39,098 nt of DNA from positions 113,149,976-113,189,073 of the forward strand of contig NC_068984.1 in NCBI RefSeq assembly GCF_001194135.2, read 5' to 3'. The notes below the pieces were generated by a model. The model did not search any database. It was not told the DNA's origin and was given only the letters and a program-made list of their open reading frames with translations. The position numbers and the translations under genes are program-made. Positions within the stretch are counted from its first letter, which is position 1; every line of letters begins with the position of its first letter. Of the stretch, positions 20,769 to 32,232 are shown in pieces. The stretch is from Octopus bimaculoides (taxonomy: Eukaryota).

Positions 20769-21324
20769 NNNNNNNNNNNNNNNNNNNNNNNNNNNNNNNN
20801 NNNNNNNNNNNNNNNNNNNNNNNNNNNNNNNNNNNNNNNNNNNNNNNNNNNNNNNNNNNNNNNNNNNNNNNNNNNNNNNNNNNNNNNNNNNNNNNNNNNN
20901 NNNNNNNNNNNNNNNNNNNNNNNNNNNNNNNNNNNNNNNNNNNNNNNNNNNNNNNNNNNNNNNNNNNNNNNNNNNNNNNNNNNNNNNNNNNNNNNNNNNN
21001 NNNNNNNNNNNNNNNNNNNNNNNNNNNNNNNNNNNNNNNNNNNNNNNNNNNNNNNNNNNNNNNNNNNNNNNNNNNNNNNNNNNNNNNNNNNNNNNNNNNN
21101 NNNNNNNNNNNNNNNNNNNNNNNNNNNNNNNNNNNNNNNNNNNNNNNNNNNNNNNNNNNNNNNNNNNNNNNNNNNNNNNNNNNNNNNNNNNNNNNNNNNN
21201 NNNNNNNNNNNNNNNNNNNNNNNNNNNNNNNNNNNNNNNNNNNNNNNNNNNNNNNNNNNNNNNNNNNNNNNNNNNNNNNNNNNNNNNNNNNNNNNNNNNN
21301 NNNNNNNNNNNNNNNNNNNNNNNA

Positions 21325-21480
21325 AAACAGTATATGGGTATAAAATTGAGAACACAAAAAAAGCCTTCTATTTCATATGGATGACTTAAAACTCTATGTT
21401 AAAAACAATGATGGTCTTAAAGACCTATTACGTACTGTAAAAGCATTCGGTGGTGGAGTTTGGTTTTGATGGAGTTTGGC
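21325..21480 (+). mobile_element. R4/Dong-clade RT catalytic fragment
   Basis: YGYKIE...LFHMDDLKLYVKNNDGLKDLLRTVKAF, the YMDDLKLY motif of this clade. Confidence 0.85.
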
Positions 21481-22135
21481 ACTCCAGTGCTCAACGATAA
21501 AGTTGAGCACTGGAGTCGATGTAATCGACTAGCCACCCCACTCACCCCACCCACCCCACAAAAAAATGTTAAGCCTTGTTCTTATGAGAAAGAATCATTA
21601 TTATTGCTGGAGATGGCGAGCTGATAGAATTGTTAGAGTATCAGGAAAATGCTTAACGGTATTTGTTCCAACTCGTTACGTTTTCTGTTCGAACCCCACT
21701 CAGGTCGGCTCAGCCTTTCATCCTTCCGGAGTCTATAAAACAATGTACTTCTCAGGTACTGGAGTTTGAAGGTATTAACTAACACCCTCCTTTCAAATTT
21801 AGTGGCCTTGTACCTAAACCAGGGACTATCATTAAAAACGTTAGGCTGGCGTAATCGTTAAAGAAAAAGAAAAACGTCTTGTGGTGTTTATTCCGGCTCT
21901 TTTCTCTCAGAAGTTAACTTCGCCTTAGAAATTGATGAAATATAATTAATGCCAGGGCATATCTGCCGGGAAAATGTCATTTGGCGTTTCTTCCTTGAGT
22001 TTACATTCTGTTTTAAAATCCCACCAAGGTCAATTTTACTTTTCATCCATTTGGAATCGATGAAATAGAATATGTACTGGGGTCGATGGTCTCCTCTCAA
22101 ATTTGCTAGCACTGTGCTTAAATCTGTAACCATTA
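21481..22135 (+). mobile_element. Cluster of three degenerate SINE family A copies (about 21481-21600, 21608-21835, 21845-22135)
   Basis: Repeated family A motifs GGCGAGCTG...GTTAG, GCCTTTCATCC, CTGGGGTCGAT. Confidence 0.78.
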
Positions 22136-22624
22136 GTATTAACATTATTCTTGTTATTTCGTCTTTTGTTGAAGTTCGACTTTAGTAATTTATTCAAACA
22201 ATAAACTATTTGTGAATGGAGATCGTTGTCTGAGGTTGAAAATTGTGTTGAAATACTGAAAATAATGTTAGCATAATTTGAGACTTGGATGTGGTACCAT
22301 GGCTCCCAATATCTTTGGTGCAGCGTATATTGTTATGATCTAATATTACTGTGATTCTGCCGTCTTTATGATACAGCTTATGATAGGCGACACTTAACTC
22401 TTAATTAAACCGGATGTTGTATTAATAAATGTGTCATGTAATGGGTTTGTTCTCTCCTGTACTACAATTGATTATGGAATGAAATATTCGAAATGCGGAT
22501 TTCTCATCGGTACTTCATATGACTATTTATTCAATGAATGGAGCACAGACGTAGGTTCTACCTTCCAAACCATTCCACAGAATTCATTTCCTATTGGAGC
22601 CTTCTCTTTTGAATTCAAACACCG

Positions 22625-22769
22625 CACAGACAGGCAGAAAGACAAACAGACAGAAAGACAGACTGACAGACAGATAAATAGATAGATAGATAAATAGATA
22701 GTTAGGTTCATACAGACATACAAGGGTAGGAACGTAGATAGGTCGATAGACAGAGACAGACAGGCAGGC

Positions 22770-22828
<59 letters not shown>
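22625..22828. repeat. (GACA)n/(GATA)n microsatellite block
   Basis: Direct reading. Confidence 0.92.
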
Positions 22829-22829
<1 letters not shown>

Positions 22830-23139
22830 CTGAAGTTTTCCTTGCCAGGATTTCATATCTCCACAGACAGCAAACATACATTTCGCATTTGCTGAAGTTT
22901 TTGAATTTATGGCGTCGACTACGAAATTTTTGTGAAACATCAATTTGTGACTCCTATGTCACAGGCAACAAAATTCCTATATTGATTTCTCCAAGTGCTA
23001 AAACTCCTGGCTGAACAATGCGTCTTCAAAACTATCGGCCAAATAGTAAACGAAAAAAAAGAAATTCCAATTTGGATGCTTTAAATTCTAAAAAAAAAAA
23101 GTAAATAATGGTTACTATTCTAGGAATAACGTTACTGAT

Positions 23140-23312
23140 TTTGAGTGGAGGGCTAAGCCAAGCTCGTTACTCTTAGTTCTTGGTAGGTACTTTACTACAT
23201 TGATACTAGAGAGTAAAGGCAAAGCTGATCTCAGCAGAATTGAAACTCAAAATACAGGGACGGACGAAATTCCATAAGGTTTTGCAGACACTCTGACGAT
23301 TCTTTCCGCTCA
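23140..23312 (-). mobile_element. Degenerate SINE family A copy
   Basis: Reverse complement contains ATTTCGTCCGTC...GAGTTTCAATTCTGCTGAGATCAGCTTTGCC. Confidence 0.65.
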
Positions 23313-24024
23313 ACGACATTTCGTTTATCAACTAACTAATGTTGTTATTTATAAGACCCAGACTAATCCAAAACAAAAGACTGGATTTAGAAACAACTGT
23401 CTCACAAACCAATGCGTAAGTGATAATTGAAAAGAGTATTGGTGTTTTAATCATGGTATCAATATAAATTCTGCTGTTATAAACGACGATACCAAACACG
23501 ATTTCCCAGCAGCAAGTTCTTCTCAGAAAGAATTGGGACTGGAGGCAGAGTATTGACATGATCGTCGAGTTTGTCTTAAAACGATGCCATTTGTCAAAAA
23601 TGTGACTAAAAAAGCAAAAATGTTTTCCTCGGCTGTACAAATCAGGGACAGCAACCAATTTCTAACCCAGCAATTTCTTCAAAATTTATTACGGTTTTCT
23701 TCTTTAATGGAATGTTCTTTGTCTCGTGTATTCATTAATTAATGTTGTAATTAACAAAAATTTAATGCAAGCTTTGATACAGGAAGTATTGATAATTTTA
23801 TTTGAGAGGATAATTGCTACAGTGAAAGTATTGATAATTTTATCTGCAGTGATATTGCTAAACAAAATGTTTTAATCATTAAATCATTCAGTGGCAACAT
23901 AGTGATGCTATCAACACAGATTACTTCCTGAATTATGGAAGAAGCAGCGTTAGCATTCGATACGTAGAACAGTTGCACAAATAGTAGTTACTGTTGGTTA
24001 TACACAGCCTGAAATCGGGTGTAA

Positions 24025-24561
24025 CACTGGTTTCAAATTTTGGCACAAGAAAGAATGAGAAGCAAAGTCGATCCCGGCAGGATTTGATCTCAGTACTTAA
24101 AGTCAGAAGAAATACCGCTAAGTACTTTTTCCGGAAATGGAGGCGCAATGGCCCAGTCGTTAGGGGTAGAGGACTCGCGGTCATAGGATCGCGGTTTCGA
24201 TTCCCAGACCGGGCGTTGTGAGTGTTTATTGAGCGAAAACACCTAAAGCTTCACGAGGCCCCGGTAGGGGATGGTGGCGAATCCTGCTGTACTCTTTCAC
24301 CACAACTTTCTCTCACTCTTAATTCCTGTTTCTCTTGTGCCTGTAATTCAAAGGGTCAGCCTTGTCACACTGTGTAACGCTGAATATCCCTGAGAACTAC
24401 GTTAAGGGTATACGTGTCTGTGGAGTGCTCAGCCACTCGCACGTTAATTTCACGAGCAGGCTGTTCCGTTGATCGGATCAACTGGAACCCTCGACGTCGT
24501 AAGCGACGGAGTGCCAATACTTTTTCCGGCGCGGTAACAATTCTGCTAGCTCACCGTCTTA
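24025..24561 (-). mobile_element. SINE family A copy interrupted by a family C insertion
   Basis: Head at 24530-24561 and body at 24025-24134 become contiguous after removing 24135-24517 and one TSD copy. Confidence 0.85.
24135..24517 (+). mobile_element. SINE family C, full length, with 12-bp TSD
   Basis: tRNA-like head GGAGGCGCAATGGCCCAG...GGTTTCGATTCCC; TSD TACTTTTTCCGG at 24123-24134 and 24518-24529. Confidence 0.95.
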
Positions 24562-24581
24562 CAAAGCGGGTATAATATTAG

Positions 24582-24781
24582 TTTGAAATGTTTGCACAAG
24601 GCCAGCAATTTTAGGGAGAGGGGGTTAGTTTGATTACAACGACCCCAGTGCTCACCTGGTACTTATTTTATCGACCCCGAAAGGATGACAGGTAAAGTCG
24701 GACTCAGCTGAATTTGAACTCAGAACGCGAGGATGGACGAAATGCTGCTAAGCATTTTACGGTTCTGCCAACTCGCCTTCT
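24582..24781 (-). mobile_element. SINE family A copy with 14-bp TSD
   Basis: GGGTATAATATTAG at 24568-24581 and 24789-24802 flanks a reverse-oriented family A copy. Confidence 0.9.
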
Positions 24782-25142
24782 CAAAAGTGGGTATAATATT
24801 AGCCAGAGTTTTCTCTTCCAGCACACTTCAGAAACATCTATGTTTAATGGCTGTAAAGCTTCTGTAGTGTTAACAAAATTTGCTTACCTAAAGATTCAAC
24901 AAGATATAATCTTCGATTGACTCAGAACACAACCCATTGCTACACATTTTCGAAGGTATTCTGTAAAAGACTGAAAATTCGTCAAGCAAGAGTTAAACCA
25001 TTTTAGTGAAATAAGGCATAAATAAGAATAACTGTTTGTGTAGAACAGTAACACACGTCCCTTGTGACTCTTTTCTCAACATAATCAACATTTGTAACCT
25101 ACTTCATGTATTTGCAGTACAGTCATTGACTAATTTACTTCA

Positions 25143-25395
25143 AAGTAAAAAGGTAAAAGTTACCATCTTGAGTTATACTGACACGTAAGGGCCGGTTTCC
25201 CGGTTTCATGGCATATATATTCTCCACCTGGATAGGACGCCGGTCCATCGCCGGATTAGTCATTTTTGCCAGCTAAGTGGAGTGGAGCAACGTGAAATGA
25301 AGTGTTTTGCTCAAGGACGCAAGGCGTCACCCGGTGGAAACCACAATTGTATGATCATGTATCCATCACCCTAACCACTAAGCCACGCGCCTCCA
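25143..25395 (-). mobile_element. SINE family E: head and CORE-like segment as in family D, different (V-like) tail
   Basis: Reverse complement: GGAGGCGCGTGGCTTAGTGGTTAGGG...CGTCCTTGAGCAAAACACTTCATTTCACG...GCTGGCAAAAATGA, then GCGATGGACCGGCGTCCTATCCAGG...GAAACCGGGAAACCGGCCC. Confidence 0.85.
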
Positions 25396-25397
25396 TA

Positions 25398-25463
25398 AGA
25401 CGACCGAAATGCAGGTAAGCATTTTGCTCGGCATACAAACGATTCTGTCAGCTCGCCGCCTTA
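25398..25463 (-). mobile_element. SINE family A head fragment
   Basis: Reverse complement TAAGGCGGCGAGCTGACAGAATCGTTTG...ATTTCGGTCGTC. Confidence 0.8.
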
Positions 25464-25549
25464 CCCATACTCGCATCTCAACATTCGCATTTTAGGCAAA
25501 TCGATCAATGACCGTCCGTATACATTTTTCTCTTGAAGATTTCGAACAA

Positions 25550-25805
25550 CTGTATCAATATACAAGATATTGACTCTATCTTGATTTATACTCCACAGTT
25601 TCAATTTCATCACTGCAGAAACAACACTTCGGTTTTATTCCATTTTTCATCATATTGGTTTGGTAGCTCCGAGTCGGTAAGCTTAGCTCTCTGCCTTTAG
25701 TCCTGAACTCCGTACCACTGATGGGCGTGCTTCTTGTTAACATCAGCTAGTTTACTACAGGCCACATGCGATTAACTGGGAGTTGATCTTTGCATCCATA
25801 AGAGC
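25550..25805 (-). mobile_element. R4/Dong-clade fragment (pre-knuckle and CCHC region), diverged subfamily
   Basis: ADVNKKHAHQW/LRSSGLKAE...SLPTRSYQTNMMKNGIKPKCCFCSDEIETV, homologous to about 1230-1440 of the first element. Confidence 0.82.
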
Positions 25806-25829
25806 CTCGTCGGCTCAGTGAGGAATATA

Positions 25830-26037
25830 TATGTTTGAGTGTCTGTGTTTGTCCCCCCAACATCGCTTGACAACTGATGGTGGTGTGTTTACGTCCCGGT
25901 AACTTAGCAGTTCGGCAAAAGAGACCGATAGAATAAGTACTAGGCTTACAAAGAATAAATCCTGGGGTCGATTTGCTCGACTAAAGGTGGTGCGCCAGCA
26001 TGGCGACAGTCAAATGACTGAAACAAATAAAAGAGAG
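25830..26037 (+). mobile_element. SINE family B, 3' half
   Basis: GTGTCTGTGTTTGTCCCCCCAACATCGCTTGACAAC...AAATGACTGAAACAAATAAAAGAGAGT, colinear with 4940-5156. Confidence 0.9.
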
Positions 26038-26329
26038 TATTTATATATNNNNNNNNNNNNNNNNNNNNNNNNNNNNNNNNNNNNNNNNNNNNNNNNNNNN
26101 NNNNNNNNNNNNNNNNNNNNNNNNNNNNNNNNNNNNNNNNNNNNNNNNNNNNNNNNNNNNNNNNNNNNNNNNNNNNNNNNNNNNNNNNNNNNNNNNNNNN
26201 NNNNNNNNNNNNNNNNNNNNNNNNNNNNNNNNNNNNNNNNNNNNNNNNNNNNNNNNNNNNNNNNNNNNNNNNNNNNNNNNNNNNNNNNNNNNNNNNNNNN
26301 NNNNNNNNNNNNNNNNNNNNNNNNNNNNT

Positions 26330-27290
26330 GCTAACTACTCAGGTGTTTTCTTAGGATCTCTCATAATTTTATTGGACAGCTATACTAACTTTTAGTGTGC
26401 ACACGGGAGAGATACAAGCCAGAAATTTAGCACCCTACATTTACCGGAAGATTTCCAGTTGTGAGCCTTCGGGAGTGTCATGCTTAGGTTTGCCATTGTG
26501 ATGACTTCCCATGCTTGTTCTTGTAAATTTTGCAAGGATCTTCCTGTGCATCTAATCCTAACTGCATTTTCATTGTATGTCTTCTCATCACTGCAAATCT
26601 TTTTCCAGAACTTTTAACTGCTTCCATGGGAGTGGGGTCTTCAACTGTTATTCTCTCATTCCGAATACCTCTGTAGAATGATTTGGCATTTGATGTAAAT
26701 AGCTTATTTTGCTTGTTAAAATTTCCCATCTCTCCAATCTTCGTTTAAGCGTTTGGTCATTTTGGCTCATTGCTTTTTGTTTCTTTGTTTTTTATATCAG
26801 TTCTTCTCTTGGTGAGAGTCCATATTTTCTCTTAATCTTTATTCCGTTTTTGGATTTTACACCATTTCCACAGATTAATTAATTTAAAATTGATATTTCC
26901 CCTCTCATTAATTCAAACTCTTCCAATTTTATTTCTCTAGTTTGGATTTCTTCCCAGGATTGGCTTTCTTAGTTTTTTTTTTTTTTTCAGAGACAAACAA
27001 CTGGTTTCAATTGCTCAACAGATACGTAAATAATTTCATTTAATTCAGTAAGATCAGGTTTTAATTCTTCTATGATTTGCTTTGCTACATAGTTGCCAAT
27101 TTTAATTCGTATTTTATTTTGGTTTGTATTTGAGAGTTTATGGAGTGGTTCTCTACCATTCATACTTGCATGTCTTGCAACTTTAAGCTTATCCTGGATT
27201 TTCTGCTTTATTTCCATCATATATTCTCTGTGTTCTTTAGCAAATGTGTGGTCTTCAACTAATGTTTCTTTTTTTTTTTTTCAGAGCCTT
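26330..27290 (-). mobile_element. R4/Dong-clade fragment (N-terminal region to the start of RT)
   Basis: REPLHKL...LTELNEIIY, QNKLFTSNAKSFYR, AHNWKSSG...LNFWL...PKKTPE; runs into the gap at 26329. Confidence 0.85.
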
Positions 27291-27439
27291 GCGTGATTTG
27301 ATCAGATGACAGTCTTTAAATTTAAATTCGTGCCGCGCTACTCTCTTCATCTGAATCCTCATTTTCTTCCTGTCTCACATTTAGGTCATTTCCGCTGCAT
27401 GTCTGACATCATCAGCATCATCATCATCATCATTATTAT

Positions 27440-27648
27440 TAGAGCAAGGGCCTGGTGGAATCATTAGAGTGTCGGACAAAACGCTTAAGAACATTCTGAG
27501 CTCAAATCCCACCGAGGTTAGCTTTATTTCACATGTTTCTGAGATCGCTAAAATAAAGTACCAGACAAGTACTGGCATCAATAGTATTGACTTATGTTCC
27601 CCCCTTTAACATTACCCCCTCTAAAGGTACCTAAATTAGAAACCATTA
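27440..27648 (+). mobile_element. Degenerate SINE family A copy
   Basis: GGAATCATTAGAGTGTCGGACAAAACGCTTA...AAAATAAAGTACCAG...TTAGAAACCATTATT. Confidence 0.72.
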
Positions 27649-27968
27649 TTGTTCTTGTGTGTGTCTAAATTTGTTAGTTCACTTTGCAATTGAGTTAATA
27701 TTATTATAACTATGACATCTAGAATTCTAAAGCTTATTTCCTTATTTTATCCACTTGGATTTGTTTTCTGCAATAATCTAATATGTCTTTAATATTTCTT
27801 CCTAACCCTTTCTTTCGTTTGTATTTGTTCAGTTGAGTGTTGATTTATCGATGATTTGAAATATGTTATATCTGTGTTTGGTTTCATTCTCATGTCTCTT
27901 GTTTCTTTATCTAGCGGTAATAGCAACGTTCTTAATTAATTTTCCTCTCTTCAAGGCTCTTTTTGGTG

Positions 27969-28146
27969 ACATTATTATTATTATTAGTAGTAGTAGTAGT
28001 AGTAGTGGTAGTAGTAGTAGTAGTAGTAGTTGTTGTTGTTGTTGTTGTAACAGCGGCAGTAGCCCCTGGTGGCAAGTGGAAAGAAATTATTATTATAATT
28101 ATTATCACCACTACTACAACAACTACTACTACTGCTATTACTATTA

Positions 28147-28188
<42 letters not shown>

Positions 28189-28657
28189 GCAACATAGTGA
28201 AGGTTGCACACTTTATTTTCTCGTTTTTTTTTTTTACACATTGCTTTATATTTTATTATAATTTTGATTTTTGTTACCTTTCCGTTTGACTCGTGGTTAA
28301 TCAGTGCAAATTTTCGAAATTGTATATCATCATGTTCATCATGACGATGATCATCACCATCATCATCATCATCATCACCATCGCCACCATCAGCATCAGC
28401 AACACCGACGTCGTCGTCGTCATCATCACCATCATCATCATCATCATCATAATCATCATAGACATAGCCAATGCCTCAATTAACTAATTATCATGATTCC
28501 AATTATGTCTACCACCTTTTTATCACCACGATCATCATTATCATCGTGCTCATATTCGCCATGTTCGCCATCATCGTCACCGTCATAGTCATCATCATCA
28601 CCATCATCATTATCATCATCATCGAAGTTACCACCATTACCATCATACTCATCATAC

Positions 28658-28701
<44 letters not shown>

Positions 28702-29070
28702 NNNNNNNNNNNNNNNNNNNNNNNNNNNNNNNNNNNNNNNNNNNNNNNNNNNNNNNNNNNNNNNNNNNNNNNNNNNNNNNNNNNNNNNNNNNNNNNNNNN
28801 NNNNNNNNNNNNNNNNNNNNNNNNNNNNNNNNNNNNNNNNNNNNNNNNNNNNNNNNNNNNNNNNNNNNNNNNNNNNNNNNNNNNNNNNNNNNNNNNNNNN
28901 NNNNNNNNNNNNNNNNNNNNNNNNNNNNNNNNNNNNNNNNNNNNNNNNNNNNNNNNNNNNNNNNNNNNNNNNNNNNNNNNNNNNNNNNNNNNNNNNNNNN
29001 NNNNNNNNNNNNNNNNNNNNNNNNNNNNNNNNNNNNNNNNNNNNNNNNNNNNNNNNNNNNNNNNNNNNNN

Positions 29071-29109
<39 letters not shown>

Positions 29110-30732
29110 ACCATCATCATCATCATCATCATTATCATCATCATCACCATCATTATCATCATCGACGTTATCATCATCATCATCATCATCATCCTTCTCA
29201 TCAATCAACATTATTATTATTATAATTATCATCATCATCATCATCGTTACCAATCGCTTTGCTGCAACATCACGATTGTTCGCCACCATCCCCACCCCAC
29301 CCCATTGGAATCTTATCATCATTTATCATTTATCATGATCGTCATTGTCACCGATCCATAATCCTCACACACTTCGTCGTCTTACATTGGAAAAACAAAA
29401 CCGACATTGTCATCGTGTAAGTGTATTTTAGTGTAGACCACATTGTTGTTATTTCGTTTTCAGTTCTGCTGTCATTGAAATAATTAAATAACGGAAGAGA
29501 GAGAGAGGGAGAGAGAGAGAGAGAGAGAGAGAGACGTTCTTTAATTAATGTCTTATTGTCAATGGGATTTTGCTAAATAAACANNNNNNNNNNNNNNNNN
29601 NNNNNNNNNNNNNNNNNNNNNNNNNNNNNNNNNNNNNNNNNNNNNNNNNNNNNNNNNNNNNNNNNNNNNNNNNNNNNNNNNNNNNNNNNNNNNNNNNNNN
29701 NNNNNNNNNNNNNNNNNNNNNNNNNNNNNNNNNNNNNNNNNNNNNNNNNNNNNNNNNNNNNNNNNNNNNNNNNNNNNNNNNNNNNNNNNNNNNNNNNNNN
29801 NNNNNNNNNNNNNNNNNNNNNNNNNNNNNNNNNNNNNNNNNNNNNNNNNNNNNNNNNNNNNNNNNNNNNNNNNNNNNNNNNNNNNNNNNNNNNNNNNNNN
29901 NNNNNNNNNNNNNNNNNNNNNNNNNNNNNNNNNNNNNNNNNNNNNNNNNNNNNNNNNNAGAAGAAGAAGAAGAAGGAGAAGAAGAAGAATCGTTTCATTT
30001 GATGGGTAAGATGATGATGATGATGATGATGATGATGACGAGGAGGAGGAGGAGGAGGAGGAGGAGGAGATGGAGAGGGATGGTGGAGGACAATGCTGAT
30101 GGCGACGAATGTGACGATGATAATGATGATGGTGATGACGATGGTGATGACGATGACGGGAGGGACAACAGCGACGACAGCGAAGATGGCTACGAATATG
30201 ACGATTATCGTGATGACGAAGATGGTCACGATGACTACGACGACAATGATATTGTTGTTGTTGTTGTTGTTGTTGTTGTAGTTCGTGGTTGTTGTCGGCG
30301 GCGCTGTAAAACAATTTTGCGGCGGGGTGGAATGGAAACAAAAATTAAGTGAAATATAGTGTCATGACAGCTTTAAGATATTCTCGTATAAGTTATTGTT
30401 TGTTGCTGTAACTTTTTTGTTTTGCTTTACTTTTACATTTTTTTCTTTTTGTCTTCTTTTCTTTTTGTTTTACATAATTTACAATTGTTCAATGCAGTAT
30501 GTTATGTAGCCATATAATGACGTCCCCGAAGAGCTGTTCGGAAATGTCATGCATCAGTACTTTACAGGTATGTAGTAGCGTTTTATTAAGTTCTTAGTTT
30601 TAAATTGTGACAAGGTGTACCTTCACTTTTTCCATTCTTCCAGATCCGATCTTAATATATTATTGTTTATTGGAGTGACTCGTGCATTACCGAGTGAATA
30701 GCTAGATGAACAACAAATCAACGTGCTGGCGA

Positions 30733-30767
<35 letters not shown>

Positions 30768-30844
30768 GCCATCATCAACATCATCATCAACATCATCATC
30801 ATCATCAACATCATCTTCACCACCACCATCACCACCACAGCCAC
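27969..30844. repeat. Large mosaic of trinucleotide repeats (ATT, AGT, GTT, ACT, AAT, CAT, GAT, GAG, GAA) with gaps
   Basis: Direct reading; generates the poly-I/D/H/M pseudo-ORFs in the ORF track. Confidence 0.95.
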
Positions 30845-31394
30845 NNNNNNNNNNNNNNNNNNNNNNNNNNNNNNNNNNNNNNNNNNNNNNNNNNNNNNNN
30901 NNNNNNNNNNNNNNNNNNNNNNNNNNNNNNNNNNNNNNNNNNNNNNNNNNNNNNNNNNNNNNNNNNNNNNNNNNNNNNNNNNNNNNNNNNNNNNNNNNNN
31001 NNNNNNNNNNNNNNNNNNNNNNNNNNNNNNNNNNNNNNNNNNNNNNNNNNNNNNNNNNNNNNNNNNNNNNNNNNNNNNNNNNNNNNNNNNNNNNNNNNNN
31101 NNNNNNNNNNNNNNNNNNNNNNNNNNNNNNNNNNNNNNNNNNNNNNNNNNNNNNNNNNNNNNNNNNNNNNNNNNNNNNNNNNNNNNNNNNNNNNNNNNNN
31201 NNNNNNNNNNNNNNNNNNNNNNNNNNNNNNNNNNNNNNNNNNNNNNNNNNNNNNNNNNNNNNNNNNNNNNNNNNNNNNNNNNNNNNNNNNNNNNNNNNNN
31301 NNNNNNNNNNNNNNNNNNNNNNNNNNNNNNNNNNNNNNNNNNNNNNNNNNNNNNNNNNNNNNNNNNNNNNNNNNNNNNNNNNNNNNNNNNNNNN

Positions 31395-31914
31395 ATCCGG
31401 CAGGCAAGGCAGTTTTCCTTTGCCTGGTGGCTGTGGCGAAAACGGTTGTTTGGTGGATAAGGCTGAAAGGCATGAGGACAGATACATTCCTCTTTGGAAG
31501 AGCTCTCATTGACTTTTTAAAGTTTCACTTGAAAAGGAAATTGAGAGTGGAGAGGGAAGTGCTGTCCTCGAGTGAGTTTATTGAAAGGTGGGCGAAAGTT
31601 GCGAAAATGGCAAGAGTATATGGTACCTCTCTAAGTGTAGACCTATGAGTCGGAGAGAAGAAATTGAAGAGAGCACTTGCTCTTGGGGTTTTAGGAAATC
31701 TCGAACAGTGTAGTTCCTCGATTATCCCTAGAAGCGTCCCTGTATCAGGAGGGCCACATCTCTATCATCTTCCTCTCCCTTTTCTTTTCCAGTGTATACC
31801 GTGTATGCTTCTTTTTTTTTTTCATCATTTCATTAAATGTAAACCCCACACTTTGTCTTTCTCTGTATTCTCCCCCCTCATCCTTCGCCTTTGTGGCAGA
31901 TAAATGAAATTATT
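31395..31914 (+). mobile_element. L1/Tx1-like LINE 3' end (ORF2 C-terminus, 3' UTR, (ATT)n tail)
   Basis: GKAVFLCLVAVAKTVVWWIRLKG...LIDFLKFHLKRKLRVEREVLSSSEFIERW fits the AK..IW..R...F...W pattern of Tx1 ORF2 ends; stop at 31648. Confidence 0.75.
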
Positions 31915-31961
31915 ATTATTATTATTATTGTTGTTGTTGTTGTTGTTGTTGTTGTTTTTAT

Positions 31962-32177
31962 TGAGGTGGTGAGCTGACAGAATCGGTAAGCACTACGAGC
32001 AAAGTGCTTAGCAGCATTTCGCCCGTCTTTACGTACTGGATTCATATTTCGCCGAGATCGATTTTGCCATTCATTTTTTGGGGGTCGATAAAATACGTAC
32101 GAATTGAACACTGGGGTCGGTGTAATCGCCTTAAACCTCCCCCAAAATTTCTGCTGTTGTGGCAAAATTTGAAACCA
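31962..32177 (+). mobile_element. SINE family A, full length, (ATT)n tail
   Basis: GAGGTGGTGAGCTGACAGAATCG...CTGGGGTCGG...TTGTGGCAAAATTTGAAACC followed by ATT repeats. Confidence 0.9.
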
Positions 32178-32185
32178 TTATCATA

Positions 32186-32232
<47 letters not shown>

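Noticed and set aside
23332-23658. Hydrophobic 108-codon minus-strand ORF vaguely like GPCR TM4-TM6
   Set aside because: Non-ATG start, no diagnostic GPCR motifs; hydrophobic ORFs arise readily in AT-rich DNA.
27863-30844. Long ORFs rich in poly-I, poly-D, poly-H, poly-M or poly-V (and similar HT/YI/CV/ER ORFs elsewhere)
   Set aside because: They are translations of microsatellites and N gaps, open in several frames and on both strands, with no domain content.
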